Virus record (IMG/VR): IMGVR_UViG_3300023174_003901
Location: 128,001-192,000 of that record
Length of the DNA: 64,000 bases
From: a virus
Taxonomy: Duplodnaviria; Caudoviricetes
Direction: 5' to 3' (one strand)
Positions 9,085 to 19,400 of this stretch are shown one piece after another (the first letter of the stretch is position 1; every line of letters starts with the position of its first letter). The position numbers were made by a program, and so were the translations under genes. Below the pieces are notes generated by a model. That model was given only the letters and a program-made list of their open reading frames with translations, searched no databases and was not told where the DNA came from.

Positions 9085-11160
9085 TTATGATTGGATGATT
9101 TGTTTCAACAACGCTAGACGGCTTTCGCGCACAGGTGCTTTTGGTTGCTGTTGTTGCTTGGCTTTTTCTTGTGCTCGGGCTTTTTCACCCACACGCTTAA
9201 CCATGTCCTGATATTTTTTACCATAGTCGGCTTCTTTAGGTGGCACGTAGTCGTCCTTGGCTTCCGGCAATACAGGATCCACATGCTTGCCTAAACGACT
9301 ACGAATGTGATCTTTTTTGTCTTGGGTAGGAATAAGTTGTTGGACTGCACGAGGTCTATCTCCAGGCTTCCAATCTTTAACTTTGTTAATTTTATATCCT
9401 CTGCCAGGTTCCAACCCAAAAGTTTCTATGTCGCTTTTTGGCAGTCGAGAGCCAATGGTCACTGGCCCGTCTTCCGCCATGCCTTGCTTAATTGGAGGCA
9501 ATCCTCTTAACTTGACATAAGCATCAAGAATATCGGATGCAAAATCTGTATCGTACATGAGCCAGTTTAATCGTTGACGACTTCCTAACTCTTGAATAGC
9601 AATGGCAAAAGCATATCGTTGCACTAAATTGTAAGAGGTAAGTTTAGGATGTTCGGCAAATACTTTTTCTGCTAAATCTTTCGCGTATTTACGGGCAAAA
9701 GAACGGCCAAAGCGTTCGCGAATTTTATCTGTTCTTTGTTGTGGAATATTGTCTTCGCCTTCGTCCACACCTTGCTCAATCACATCAACACCGGCCTTGC
9801 TCTGCGGACTCAACATGCGTGTGATGTCTCTAGCATTGGCTTGAATAATTTGCTTGCCAACTTCAACATTCTGTGGAGTAAGTTCTCTAGCCACTTTGTT
9901 AATTTTGTCAACGACAGGAAGCACTGGGCTTGGTCGAGAACCAAACATGCCTTCTTCCACGCCCTGGTCTTCAATCTGCATCGGATTCAAAGGATCATCT
10001 GTGTAAATAGTTCTTACATCGCTGCCTGCATCACTTAGTAATTCATCAATCATGTCACTTACATCAGAATTATGCTGAGCCTGGAATCCGGCACGTTCAC
10101 CTTGTGTGATATAAATCTTTGCTATTTTTGCTGCCTGATCTAGTTCAGACCTGCTGTAACCATCTTCGCCGCCAAACCTCTTGTAGTTGGCTAAAATTAC
10201 TTTGCCTATCTCCGGTCCAGGGTCTGCCTTGGGCGCCGTCTTTTTGGCAATGCTAATGATTTGATCTAAATCCTCAATTTGATTTGTATTTTCAGGTGGC
10301 CCCATGCCTTGCCACACGTCTGAAACATATCCAGGTAATCCTGTGGTCTGTAAACTCTTGTTTATATCTACAAAAAATTTATTGATTTCCTTCACAGTCT
10401 TAACAATGTTTGTTGCAAGATAGGGGTAATTATTTGATGTGTATTCCTTTGCAGTGTCAAAGAACATTTCAGTAAAGCCCTGGCTTTGCCCAGAGTCAAT
10501 TGAATCCCATCCATATTTTTTACCAATAGACATTAGTTGTTGTTCAACTTGATCGGGAGTAAATTCTATTTTACCACTGAGAAATTGGTCAGGGTCGCCG
10601 ATGTTGGTTGGTATTGGTTTGCCATTGCGGCTAACACCTTTGATTTTTTTTGACCCTTGCTCACTTGCAAAACTCACTGCTACATATCCAGTTACTGGAA
10701 CATATTTAGGAGTTGATTTTTGTATGTTGCCCATCATCTTTTGAAAACGTGGGTCGTCCGTTGGACCTTCCTCTACACCTTGCTCGTCTAGGCCACGATT
10801 GTGACGCCACTGACGAACGCTCTTGCCCCGGTCACGTGCGCTGCCTAGTTTGGGTCTTAGGTCGCCTCTTTTTTCAGTCACGTCTTGCTCGCCAAAGTCA
10901 TCTGCCAACCGATCAAACACAATTTGTTCAATGCGTTCAAAGTCATCGTCTGGATGGAGACCTGCGTCAATCACAACATCGTCATACATGTCTTGCACAT
11001 ATCGGCCAGCAGGAGTGTTGGCACTAAACAACTCATACAATGCGTCAAAGTCTTCGCGGGCCACAATGTTGCGCAGTTCCGCGTCAATTTCACTCATCAC
11101 GCCTTCAGTCATGTCTTTTTCAAACACTTGGGGTAAGTTAAAAAATTCGTTCAGTATCAT
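9085..11160 (-). CDS. multi-module putative internal head polyprotein
   Basis: Starts MILNEFF; linkers DMTEG, DVTEK, QGVEEG (x2), QGVDEG, QGMAED and VRES. Confidence 0.65.
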   Translation of the reverse strand: MILNEFFNLPQVFEKDMTEGVMSEIDAELRNIVAREDFDALYELFSANTPAGRYVQDMYDDVVIDAGLHPDDDFERIEQIVFDRLADDFGEQDVTEKRGDLRPKLGSARDRGKSVRQWRHNRGLDEQGVEEGPTDDPRFQKMMGNIQKSTPKYVPVTGYVAVSFASEQGSKKIKGVSRNGKPIPTNIGDPDQFLSGKIEFTPDQVEQQLMSIGKKYGWDSIDSGQSQGFTEMFFDTAKEYTSNNYPYLATNIVKTVKEINKFFVDINKSLQTTGLPGYVSDVWQGMGPPENTNQIEDLDQIISIAKKTAPKADPGPEIGKVILANYKRFGGEDGYSRSELDQAAKIAKIYITQGERAGFQAQHNSDVSDMIDELLSDAGSDVRTIYTDDPLNPMQIEDQGVEEGMFGSRPSPVLPVVDKINKVARELTPQNVEVGKQIIQANARDITRMLSPQSKAGVDVIEQGVDEGEDNIPQQRTDKIRERFGRSFARKYAKDLAEKVFAEHPKLTSYNLVQRYAFAIAIQELGSRQRLNWLMYDTDFASDILDAYVKLRGLPPIKQGMAEDGPVTIGSRLPKSDIETFGLEPGRGYKINKVKDWKPGDRPRAVQQLIPTQDKKDHIRSRLGKHVDPVLPEAKDDYVPPKEADYGKKYQDMVKRVGEKARAQEKAKQQQQPKAPVRESRLALLKQIIQS

Positions 11161-11837
11161 TTGGCTTCTTCCACGTAGTCTGCACTAGAGTCTGGCTGCA
11201 CAGCCGGACGTCTGGCACGGTATAGATTCACTGCCATCTCGGCTTCATCTAATTCTTTGAAACTGGATGGCATGCTTCGAGTGCCATTGTGAATGGTAAA
11301 CCCTCTGCGTTGATCGCCGTGTATCTCTAGTACTGAACCATCTTCTAGCGGAATAGTCTTGACAGGTGAACTTGCAGGCTCAGGAATGGTACTAACTTGG
11401 CCTTGTCCTGGACGCATCTCATCTACTTCAACATCTTCTTCTTGACTGTCAGGATCTGTGGGATCATTGTCTTCAATGTCTCGAACTGCTTTGTCTTTGA
11501 GATCTTGATCTACTTTGACTTTGTCGGCCAACTGATCCAAATAGTGTGTTAGGTCTTTCTTGACCTTCGAAATCATGTCTTCTTCAATCTCGGACATGGT
11601 TTCTGCCAGGGGCATTTGCCCCACTTCTACATCATCACCAAACATGTAGCCAGCCGGGCTTGCTTTCCGATTGGCATCGCCGCCTAGTACAGGTCCTTGC
11701 TTGGGCATTTTGAACAGGGCCGGCATCTGTGGCACTGATTTCTGTTGTGCGTTCAAGCCTTTCTTGACTGTGGCGGGAGTTGTCTTTCCCTCAATCAAGT
11801 CCAAGCGTTGGAGGATGCTGTAGATATCGTCGCTCAT
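11157..11837 (-). CDS. hypothetical acidic protein, putative head-associated
   Basis: Start MSDDIYSILQRLDLIEG overlaps the dps stop (ATGA); linkers PLAET and VDEM. Confidence 0.6.
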   Translation of the reverse strand: MSDDIYSILQRLDLIEGKTTPATVKKGLNAQQKSVPQMPALFKMPKQGPVLGGDANRKASPAGYMFGDDVEVGQMPLAETMSEIEEDMISKVKKDLTHYLDQLADKVKVDQDLKDKAVRDIEDNDPTDPDSQEEDVEVDEMRPGQGQVSTIPEPASSPVKTIPLEDGSVLEIHGDQRRGFTIHNGTRSMPSSFKELDEAEMAVNLYRARRPAVQPDSSADYVEEAK

Positions 11838-12274
11838 GCTCGTTCGACTTTCAAGTAACTGGTCAGTTGCCAACGATATTTGCCATGAGCACTGAGTCGT
11901 TCTGCAATGAAGTTAGCAATACCTTGTTCGTTGGCGTCATTGGCTTCTGCAAAGCAACGATTCAACAAATCCAACATCTGATCATTGTTGGCCTTGAGTT
12001 CTTCTAACATGAGTCGAGCACGGGGAATCTTTGTCTGCCCTGAGATCTCAGTGAGTTCGCTAAACCGCTCAAAACTTGCAGGCGAATATTCACCTAGGTA
12101 GCGGATGTATTCTGCTGTGGGATCAATGGCTGAGTAAGCATCTTCATATATCTCTTGAAAGAACCCGTGGAGTTCGCTGAAGTCTGGCCCTTCTACATTC
12201 CAGTGGAAGCCATGGGCTTTCAAGTAGTAAGCAAAATTAGTTGCTAATAGAATTTTTAAACTGTCCGCGAGCAT
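11834..12274 (-). CDS. dps: Dps / ferritin-like DNA protection protein
   Basis: LKAHGFHWNVEGPDFSELHGFFQEIYE...DPTAEYIR...HGKYRWQL. Confidence 0.93.
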   Translation of the reverse strand: MLADSLKILLATNFAYYLKAHGFHWNVEGPDFSELHGFFQEIYEDAYSAIDPTAEYIRYLGEYSPASFERFSELTEISGQTKIPRARLMLEELKANNDQMLDLLNRCFAEANDANEQGIANFIAERLSAHGKYRWQLTSYLKVERA

Positions 12275-12449
12275 TTTTGTTCCTTTTGTATTCCTGGGGC
12301 GTGTTAGGCGTCAGGTCCCTAGTATATTTACCACTTAACATTGATCCGCCTGATCTTGCGACCATGCCCAAGGGCTGTGCGATAGTGGCTATACTACCTG
12401 CACTTGAGGTGGCAGCAGACGAATTTTCCAGGATTTCACGTGCTCTCAT
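12237..12449 (-). CDS. small hypothetical protein with CTS-like start
   Basis: MRAREILENSSAATSSAGSIATIA; contains the TAAATA at 12325-12330 upstream of dps. Confidence 0.5.
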   Translation of the reverse strand: MRAREILENSSAATSSAGSIATIAQPLGMVARSGGSMLSGKYTRDLTPNTPQEYKRNKNARGQFKNSISN

Positions 12450-12738
12450 GGGGATATATCCTTAACATAGTATTTTTTATTCTTGCACTGGGTGGGCCTG
12501 AATCCACACGCAGGTTTTTAACTGTTAATCGGGCTTGACTGGGTTCAACCAGTTCATAGCGTATGTCGTACTTGCCTGGCTCAGCATACACAGGAATCAA
12601 CTCTTCCAAATACTGTTCCTGCCAGATGTACGTGCGTTCCACAAACAGTTCGTTGCCCACAAATAATCTATACACAGGCGGCCGATCCTTCCAGTCACAG
12701 TAGACATCACACTTGATCATGACATGCTCGCGGCTCAT
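12436..12738 (-). CDS. hypothetical beta-rich protein
   Basis: Overlaps both neighbours; pattern loosely similar to 22601..23035. Confidence 0.55.
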   Translation of the reverse strand: MSREHVMIKCDVYCDWKDRPPVYRLFVGNELFVERTYIWQEQYLEELIPVYAEPGKYDIRYELVEPSQARLTVKNLRVDSGPPSARIKNTMLRIYPHEST

Positions 12739-14255
12739 TATTCGCTCTTGTTGCCCCAGTTGGCAGCACCTTTTTTACGACACTGAACCAAGGCTCCGGA
12801 CGCATAGGCCGACGGCCATACTTTGTATCTGCTTTTTACTTTGTAATAACAAGCATCTTGTTTTTCATTTATCATCAACTCACTGAACATGGGGCCGCCA
12901 CAGTTGGGACAGTGTTGTTCCTGCACAGATTTATCCTTAAGGCCCTGCACCGCAGTTGTGCGTCGGGGATCAGGAGCAGGTGCAGTGTCGGCACTGGGCA
13001 AGAACTTGACTATTGATTGCTTGGTCAGTGGACCCAATACACCATCCACATCTAAATTGGCATTGAATTTTTTGTTCAGCATCTGTTGTATTCTGCGGAT
13101 TTCGTCTGAATTCTTTTGGCCTAGTGTTTCGTTAACAAATTCTTGTATGGTATCTTTTGCTACGTCTTGCTGACCTGGTAATGTATCAGAAACGGTTATC
13201 ATATTTTCAGGAACTATTTGTACGGGAACGCGGCCTTGGTAGCCTGCTACTTGATAGGCCAGGAACCGGTGATTGCCATCTATTACAAAAAGTTGTCCAT
13301 TATCGTTCCACACCAGCAAAGGTTTTAACACACCATTTTGTTTTAATTCTGGTAAAAGTTTGTTAGTTACCCAATCAGCAATTTTAGGATCTTTCATTGA
13401 TTTATGCTTTTCCCACATGCGCAATTTATTGAACGGTACCAAGGTAGACGGCAAACTTTTCTTGATGTTATCATCTATTGTGGCACCTCTATGATTGGTA
13501 TACACAATCACTGGTTTTTGTTCTGACCCTTCTGCTACATCTTCATTTTTCTTTTTGTTCTTTACACAGTTGGGATACCTTTTGCCAAACATGGTTTTCA
13601 TGCCTTCTTTGTGATAGCCTTTCCAGCAGGCTTCTTCTAAATCCACGCCCTCGTCAGTTTTCTTGTTGGCATTGATGTAGGCACGATACACCGCGGCTGC
13701 TGATGCCTTGCCGGCTGCCCGGGCACGTTGTTCCATGGCCACTGCGGCCTGTATCTTGTGTGCATGGCTCCGACCACTGTTGCGTATCTTTGCAACACTG
13801 GCACGTGCGTCTTCAACTGTGGCAAACTTCAAGCCAGTTATGGTGCCTCGAGGATTCTCATCTGTGTATAAATCACTATGTTTCTTTGAATCAGCAGGTT
13901 GCCCTGGTTTCCTAGCAATTCGTGGGCTTTCCGTCACAGGCCGTTGCCAGGCACGGGCCGGAACGTTAAGTGTTTTTTCCAAATGTTTTAGTGAAGCATT
14001 TGTCAACAAGTCTGTGCTGTCTCTACCGGGTTGATAATACCACTTGCCACTTTTGGTTTGTCTTAGCCCCATAATCTTTAAATCAAGATGGTTGAAACTG
14101 CGGCCACCTCGAGCCACATCAAAGAAGTAGAGTGTGTCAGCAGGGTTGGTCACTGATTCTGTCTTGGGCTTTTTGCCGGCCTTTCGCATGGCAATGGCAA
14201 TAGCGGCCTGCTGTGCAGGGTTGGCTGCTTCTGAGAAGAAATCACCGAGTATCAT
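12738..14255 (-). CDS. multi-module polyprotein: ParB/Srx-like domain, peptidoglycan-binding-like domain, CxxC knuckle, two-Cys micro-modules
   Basis: MILGDFFSEA start; KPLLVWND...VIDGNHRFLA; IRRIQQML...LDVDGVLGPLTKQSI; HCPNCGGPM; linkers VTES, TDEG, LEEA, VAEG, IQEF, VQEQ and INEK. Confidence 0.7.
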   Translation of the reverse strand: MILGDFFSEAANPAQQAAIAIAMRKAGKKPKTESVTNPADTLYFFDVARGGRSFNHLDLKIMGLRQTKSGKWYYQPGRDSTDLLTNASLKHLEKTLNVPARAWQRPVTESPRIARKPGQPADSKKHSDLYTDENPRGTITGLKFATVEDARASVAKIRNSGRSHAHKIQAAVAMEQRARAAGKASAAAVYRAYINANKKTDEGVDLEEACWKGYHKEGMKTMFGKRYPNCVKNKKKNEDVAEGSEQKPVIVYTNHRGATIDDNIKKSLPSTLVPFNKLRMWEKHKSMKDPKIADWVTNKLLPELKQNGVLKPLLVWNDNGQLFVIDGNHRFLAYQVAGYQGRVPVQIVPENMITVSDTLPGQQDVAKDTIQEFVNETLGQKNSDEIRRIQQMLNKKFNANLDVDGVLGPLTKQSIVKFLPSADTAPAPDPRRTTAVQGLKDKSVQEQHCPNCGGPMFSELMINEKQDACYYKVKSRYKVWPSAYASGALVQCRKKGAANWGNKSE

Positions 14256-14518
14256 GATTTTTTCCTCTTTGTAGACACATTGATGGCTGGGCCTGAGCGT
14301 TCAGGATTGGGATCTTGTTTGCGTTTGCGGCTAGCGGCACTTGCACGACCTTTCTTGCCCAGTGAGTGTGCCTTGGAGGCAGGCAAGCACTTGGGTTTGC
14401 CTTCAGAATCTGATCCTCTGGCACAATCGCCGCGGATTTTACCATCAGGACCAAATCGTACCCATTTGTCTTTAAACCACTTGCGTAGGTTTTCGTTCAT
14501 GAATTCATCGGCTCTCAT
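14252..14518 (-). CDS. small basic protein with CTS-like start
   Basis: MRADEFMNEN|LRKWFKDKW; two Cys; TAAGTA 5 nt upstream of the ATG. Confidence 0.65.
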   Translation of the reverse strand: MRADEFMNENLRKWFKDKWVRFGPDGKIRGDCARGSDSEGKPKCLPASKAHSLGKKGRASAASRKRKQDPNPERSGPAINVSTKRKKS

Positions 14519-14542
14519 ATGTTTACTTAGCCCTGTCGGCTT

Positions 14543-15013
14543 TTACCTTATTCTGTGCAGTAGATAAACTGTGGTGTTGGCCATGTCACTGCGATCCAAT
14601 CTATAACCCCAGGCCTGAGCATAGCGTTGCACCAGGCGATCATAGAGATTGCTTCGGCTCATGGGTTTCTGTCCAGGCTCAACATCTTTGTCGGCTGTGA
14701 AACGCAGGGTTTCAGGCTGTTCCATTTCTATGAATTGACCAATAGCGGTCAACACTGTGGCAAACACTCGCTGAGCATCACCGGCTCCGGAAATGTCCAG
14801 GCGATTGTCGCGCCAAAATTCAACTACCCAATCTTCATTGTCGGCCACATCAGAATCAGTATAGAAATTGATTGTGAGATTGGTGCCATCTGGCAGTCGT
14901 GCTAAGGCATCATATCTAGGATCCTGTTCAGCACCGGGCTCGTCCTGATTGTTGTCCCAGTGAAATGCATAGGGTTGGTCAAATGCTTCTAAGATAATAT
15001 CTGTGACCCTCAT
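14543..15013 (-). CDS. hypothetical protein, possibly GNAT-like fold, with CTS-like start
   Basis: MRVTDIILEA; SGAGDAQRVFATV...LRFTADK...SRSNLYDRL. Confidence 0.5.
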   Translation of the reverse strand: MRVTDIILEAFDQPYAFHWDNNQDEPGAEQDPRYDALARLPDGTNLTINFYTDSDVADNEDWVVEFWRDNRLDISGAGDAQRVFATVLTAIGQFIEMEQPETLRFTADKDVEPGQKPMSRSNLYDRLVQRYAQAWGYRLDRSDMANTTVYLLHRIR

Positions 15014-16452
15014 TTTTTCTTTGCCTTTGCTCTACCAGCCTTCATATTGGCCAACCAGTGTGCCATGCGTTGCTTTTCACCTGAACTATTTTTAGCAGTT
15101 TTTCTCAGACTGCTTACTGATGCCTTGGTGTTCACACCTGAACGCTTGGCAAGTCCTTTGCGGCCAGGATTCTTGCCATCAGCAAAGTTTTCTGCTACAC
15201 CTTGCTTGGGAATCAACAATTCAGGCATACGATACTCACTGACATCTACTGGATATGGCTGTAGTGATGCTTTGTATAATTCGGCATACTGTTGTTTTTC
15301 TTCGGATGTCTTGGCTCTGTAAAACTTGTTGGCAATGGCCATGTCGCCCACCAAAGTTCCTGGTGGAATTGAAATCTTTTTTGGACCATAGTATTTTAAT
15401 TTGTCAGAATCTTTGTTGGTCAAACTGTAAAAGGTTGATTCCCATTTGTCCGGGTGCAAGGCATATTGTGCTGTTGTTCTTTCTGGCACAAACTCTGCAA
15501 GTGTATCTGCACCAGGATGAAATTTACCTAACTTGGATAAACTTATAGCAGTATCATTGCTTTCGCCTTCCGCAACAACCGGTTTGACAGGAACATAGGC
15601 AGGCACACTGGTCATGCCTGCTTCTACCGCGGCTACAGCACGATGGTTGCCATCAATGATCCAACCCTGTGAATCAACCACAATGGGCATACTTTTTAAC
15701 ACTGATCCAATCCGTGGTATCAATTCTTGAACTTTGTCATTGTCCACCCAGTTCACACGATTGTAAGGATCCGGTTCTTCGCCATCAGGATCCAAGTTCA
15801 GTTGTGACAAGGGAATACTCTTTAATTCCCACTCAGGATGATCAGTTATGCTGTATTCAATGTCAAATGCTTCTGGAGCATGAGCACGTTTGACATAATC
15901 AAGCACTTGGTCGGCCGCCATGGATTCTGTTATGCCTGGCCTGCTTTGTGCCACGGCCACATAGGCAGGACCAACGTAGCCATCAGGATACCGGGCAAAG
16001 TGTTGTATGGTTCTATGCCAACCTTCCAACAGTTCATAACCGTTGCCAAATTTAATTAATATTGCAGGTTCTCGACTCACACCGCCCTGTTGTATCAATG
16101 CCGCTTGTGTGGCATGTCTTTCAGCATCTTTGGGTATGCCCATACCCATGTCACTGGTGCCGCCTGCACGACCAATTAACTTTCGTTTGCTCTTCGGCTC
16201 AAACATGTCCATGGTAAACTTCATGTTGGGTACAAGTTGCCAAGGGTTGACATTAGGACTTAGTCCTGCATCTGCGATCATTTCGATAATTTCATCTTTG
16301 ACTGCTCTACTATCAGTGGTGTAATTTTTATTTTTACCGCGACCTTTGTACAACCAGTCTTGCACAACATATTCTGGCCATGTGGGAACAATGCTTCGGA
16401 TGTATTGATACATCCTGTCTCTGAGTTCTATTAAAAATTCACTTGCTCTCAT
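15010..16452 (-). CDS. polyprotein with two ParB/Srx-like domains and two further modules
   Basis: MRASEFLIEL; EPAILI...ELLEGWHR and MPIVVD...IIDGNHRAVAA; linkers GITES, VVAEGE and QGVAEN. Confidence 0.7.
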   Translation of the reverse strand: MRASEFLIELRDRMYQYIRSIVPTWPEYVVQDWLYKGRGKNKNYTTDSRAVKDEIIEMIADAGLSPNVNPWQLVPNMKFTMDMFEPKSKRKLIGRAGGTSDMGMGIPKDAERHATQAALIQQGGVSREPAILIKFGNGYELLEGWHRTIQHFARYPDGYVGPAYVAVAQSRPGITESMAADQVLDYVKRAHAPEAFDIEYSITDHPEWELKSIPLSQLNLDPDGEEPDPYNRVNWVDNDKVQELIPRIGSVLKSMPIVVDSQGWIIDGNHRAVAAVEAGMTSVPAYVPVKPVVAEGESNDTAISLSKLGKFHPGADTLAEFVPERTTAQYALHPDKWESTFYSLTNKDSDKLKYYGPKKISIPPGTLVGDMAIANKFYRAKTSEEKQQYAELYKASLQPYPVDVSEYRMPELLIPKQGVAENFADGKNPGRKGLAKRSGVNTKASVSSLRKTAKNSSGEKQRMAHWLANMKAGRAKAKKK

Positions 16453-19400
16453 ATCATCACCGGCAACACTTCAATATCTGCACCTGGTGCAGGGGATAAC
16501 GATCCTTGACGACGTTGATCCTGCAACCAAGTTTGTGCAATGCGATTGGCATCTGCTTGATTGTTGCCTACACCACGGAAGCGCCATACTTCTTCGCCAT
16601 CAATCATGACTCGCCACTGTCCACTAAAACTATTGCCAGGCGGTGCCGAACTGGCCTGATCTGTGGTGCCAAACAAGTCTCTGAATGAGTAATCCGTGTT
16701 GCGGCCATTGGTACGGTCCGGGAAGTTCTGTGCCACATCCATGGGAACTTCGGGAATTTCCTGCTGTGCCGCAACTGGATTGAATATCACCTGCAGACTC
16801 AGTTGACGGGCATCAACACCATGTCTGCGGGCTGTGTCGTCTCGTACCGCCAGGGCCTGATCCTGACTGGCACCACGTACGGTGTTGAGTGTCTCGTCAG
16901 TCTCACGATCCACTATGCGCCAGTCACGTGGAATTTGAGAAGGTTGAGGTCTGATCTCTTGGAATCCGTAGTCTTCAGTAGTTGTGGGCAGGCCAGCGGC
17001 TGCCAGCCACTCTCCATAAATTCTGTTGGCATCTCTGCGATCGTCAGCACGGAATCTAAACACAGGGTTAGTATTGAACCGATCCACAACTGCATAGTTG
17101 GCGTTGGTTGATTGACTTGGCAAGCCCAGGCGGTTCTCCATGTCGGTCTGTGTGCCTACGTTGGCCCCACTGCCTGTACCTCTAGTTCTCACACCGTAGA
17201 GATCGTGCCGTCCAGTGGAAATAAGTGCCATGGCTTGACGTTGTGCCGCGCCACGATCAGTTATGGGTTGTCCGCCCTGAAGAAGATTAACCGTACTGTT
17301 GCCAGTTTGTCTGTTGTAAACTTCCCAAGGCCCAGGTCCGGTAGGCCGCAAAGGGTTGGACGCGGCGTCTTGATCGGTATTACCGCTGCCATCCACAGGT
17401 CTAGCACCAAACAACAAGCGAGCATCTACTGTGCCTATGCCGTGGGGACCAAAATTGATATAATCATCTAATCTTGTGTTTACATCTGATTGATTGCGAG
17501 CAGAGAATTCAGTGTCGGGGACGGCCTCACCAGTGCGTCTATCGAACAGTTCATAGGTTCCTGTGCCGGTCTGTGGTGCGCCAGGTTTGTCTGGTTGTTC
17601 ATCGTAGGGCCGTAAAACTTCAGCATCCATTTGAGCCAGAGTGTTGACCAAGAGTGGTTCGCCCCATTCTTTTGCAGCCTTCTGTTTGGCTTCTTCTTCT
17701 GAGGTAGCAACCACTTCCACTGTGTAACTATATTGGCCAGCATTCTTGCCGTATTTGTAAACTTTCCACCACATTTTTTGGCCGTCAGTCTTGCCACGTT
17801 TGATATTGCGTTGTAACTGTGCCTGTTTGATAAAACTACGCAGGGCCGCTTTGGGAATCTTGCCGGCCACATAGTCACTAAAGTACTTGATGGTGTCGTC
17901 ATCTCGGTTGTTTTCAGTCAACATTTTGTAGAGTTTGGTCAGGTACTCTTGACGATACATTTCAGGATTTAGTGCCGCACTCATGGCCACAGTAAATCTC
18001 AACAGAGTGTTTTCAATCTTGTCAAAATTTTCGTCCAACCAGTCGCCACCGGGTGAGCGGAATTCAATGTGTCCATCCTTGGTGTTGATTGATGTATACT
18101 TGCTGGTGATGCCTGAGTGTATGGCCTTGCTGGCCAACTGATCCAAGTTGCCCTTCATCTTGTCCAACAACTGGGCGGCATTGTCAGGATTGTCACGCAC
18201 AGCCCGTTTCACAATGTCCAGTGCTGATTTGGCATAGGTGTTGCCACTACGACCAAATGCATCCAGCACATATTTGTCACCCATGAGCAGGGCCAGTTTA
18301 ACAAAGTCCAAGTTTTCTCTACTGTAGTCCGGCACAGAGATATTGATGTGCAGGCCAGTTGAATCATTGGTGTAACAACCATACTCCTTGGCCCAGCGTT
18401 TGACTTTGTTCAAGTCGCTGAGTATTTCATCAATAGGCAAGGGTGGACTCACAAACTCCAGGCCTTGATCGTTGGGATCATCTGGTTCCAGGCTGCCATC
18501 TGGTTCCACCACATATCGTATTTGAGTTGGGCTGGGACGGATTGTACTGCCTGAGTGATAGTTGCCACTGGCTCTGACATCGCGACCAATGGCATTTTCA
18601 AACTCTTGTGCCACATCTTCAATGCTGGCTTCGCCACCGCTTTGGGGGTCGCTCCAGTGCGGCCAACTCATGCTGTAGGCATTTTCAATTTCGCTCATGT
18701 TACTTAGATCTGCACCATCCAACCAGTCGCTTTCGTCATAACTTTCTTGATTTTCTTCGCGGAACTCTTCGTAGGCTGTTTGATATTGATCACTCACAGG
18801 ATCAGCATGAACATTGGCAGCATATTCTTCCAGGGCTTCTGTGCGTTCCAGGTCAGATTTTTCCTCTGGATTCCACTCTGACTCGTCTACGTTTTCTTTA
18901 ACCCATTGATATATGTATTCCTCACCCCCACTGTCCCAGTCGTCGGAGATCTTTTGATCCAACCATTCTGTATAGTCGTTCCGCATGCTGTCACGCATCT
19001 CATCGCAACTGCGGCGACTGTTCCAGTCACCATCATAGAAAAAGTCATATGCATCCTGTATGCTACGGCAACGTTGGTCGTAGTCGTAGTCGGGTTCCTG
19101 GTCGGCATCACCGCTGCCGCCTTCAACATTGGGCACAATCATTTCAAATTCCATACCGGCTATGGCGCCGGTCTTGGCAGCCTCTCGACGCAGGTTCTTT
19201 GAACCCATATTGATTTCAAACAGGTCTTGTTGTTTGAATTGAGCCAGTTCCTCTGCTAAACTTTCGTTTAGTTTGGCGGTCAACAATGCAGGACGACCTT
19301 GAGCGTCTGTTTGTAGTCCTAGTTTGTTGGCTTCTTTGCCCACAGCACCTGGTCGAACGTCTCGAGTCAAGGCCATGATAAAGCGTGGATCACGGGCCTG

